NCBI GenBank assembly: GCA_002269645.1
Contig: NIVC01003641.1
Span: 1-64,000 of the forward strand
Reading direction: 5' to 3'
From: Macrostomum lignano
Taxonomy: Eukaryota
DNA: 64,000 bases
The position numbers were made by a program, and so were the translations under genes. The notes under the pieces are model-generated. The model saw only the letters and a list, made by a program, of their open reading frames with translations. It searched no databases and was not told the origin of the DNA. How positions within the stretch are numbered: the stretch's first letter is position 1; every line of letters begins with the position of its first letter. Positions 63,021-64,000 of this stretch are shown in pieces.

Positions 63021-64000
63021 GGACACCGGCACCACCGGCGGACACCGGCACCACCGGATCTCCCTGCGCGACACCGCAGCACTAGCTGCCCGTAGTTGCC
63101 ATGGGTTAGCGGAATGGGCGTCAACGCCTCTCCGCTGCACCCGGATGCCCGGAGCCCCCTGCCCTGCAGCTAAGTCAGGTCTAAGAGGTTGCAGCTGGGT
63201 TGCTCTGACACAGGGCCTGGATCTCAAAGCGCATGTCAGTTATATGAAGACCTAGCAGCTTTCTTGCAAATGGACTTTTAATCAATTTATCCAAGAGAAT
63301 AAAATGAAGGCTGTTAACCCGTGAATTATATGCGCGTTTAGTTTTTACATGCTAAAATGTGGGCAACTATTGGAGTGTTTACAGGTGTGCATGTCTTCTG
63401 AAGAGGGCAAGATGTCTATTTGGGGTAACATCCGTAACTACTAAAGAGGCCAAGGTATCTACTGAAGAGGTGACTTCACCTCGTTAGGTTAGGTGATGTG
63501 CGTCTTAGTTTGACCATAGACAACACTAATAAATGCTTATTTCGCGTGCGTCCTGCAATAAAGCACGAAAACAAGAAACTAAAAGCTATTTGTCTCGTCA
63601 AGCAACTATGGCTGAAGCGTCTCGTCAAACGCTTTTTAATTGAAAACATCTTGCTGTCGACGCCTTAAACGGTGTGAATATGGGAGTTGTAATTTTTGTC
63701 TGAGCTTACCTTTTCGAACCATCATGATGACCAGGCGTTTGTCTGAATTCATTCACTGGCTGGAGAACGACCGACGCAATGAAGACCCGTCGGAACTGCC
63801 GAAAATGGATGTCTCTGATGTGGATTTGAGTTCGACAATGGATAGCGTTGAGTTACAGTCATTGCCGATATCAACGGTTGAGCAGATAAATCGGTGTATT
63901 CGCTATCGAATCTCGTGTGTATCCGAGGATCTTTGGGAACTGCCTTTTTGAGAACTGTATATTTCACTTTGGGTGAGACATTGATTATCGCATCATCAAA

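Noticed and set aside
63640-63951. 103-aa ORF near the window end
   Set aside because: No recognisable motif or splice context.

Overview
This is eukaryotic (animal) genomic DNA with no sign of prokaryotic content. GC-rich exons, poly-Gln tracts and minisatellite-packed introns suggest a flatworm of the Macrostomum type, but that is inference only. By following GT/AG boundaries and reading phase I reconstructed six spliced or partly spliced protein-coding genes: a Cys-loop anion channel (lophotrochozoan GluCl-like, +), an 18-19 exon EML/EMAP gene with an unusual EF-hand-like N-terminal extension (-), UBTD (-), a Ly6/quiver-like GPI protein (-), a Noc2/RPH3AL-like Rab effector (+) and a KIM-type tyrosine phosphatase of the PTPRR/STEP family (-). 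A large share of the window is tandem repeats, and most long ORFs in the track are artefacts of these. There are also decayed LINEs, tRNA-derived and CORE SINEs, and a probable Helitron. The most notable observations are: (1) two inverted minisatellite arms enclosing GluCl exon 1; (2) intronic minisatellites built from splice donor or acceptor sequences, one of them amplified from a real exon-intron junction; (3) 1-bp homopolymer frameshifts in two, possibly three, otherwise intact genes; (4) a LINE inserted in an AAC microsatellite with an apparent target-site duplication; (5) a 4-kb satellite abutting the UBTD stop codon. I found no clearly new multi-gene system.
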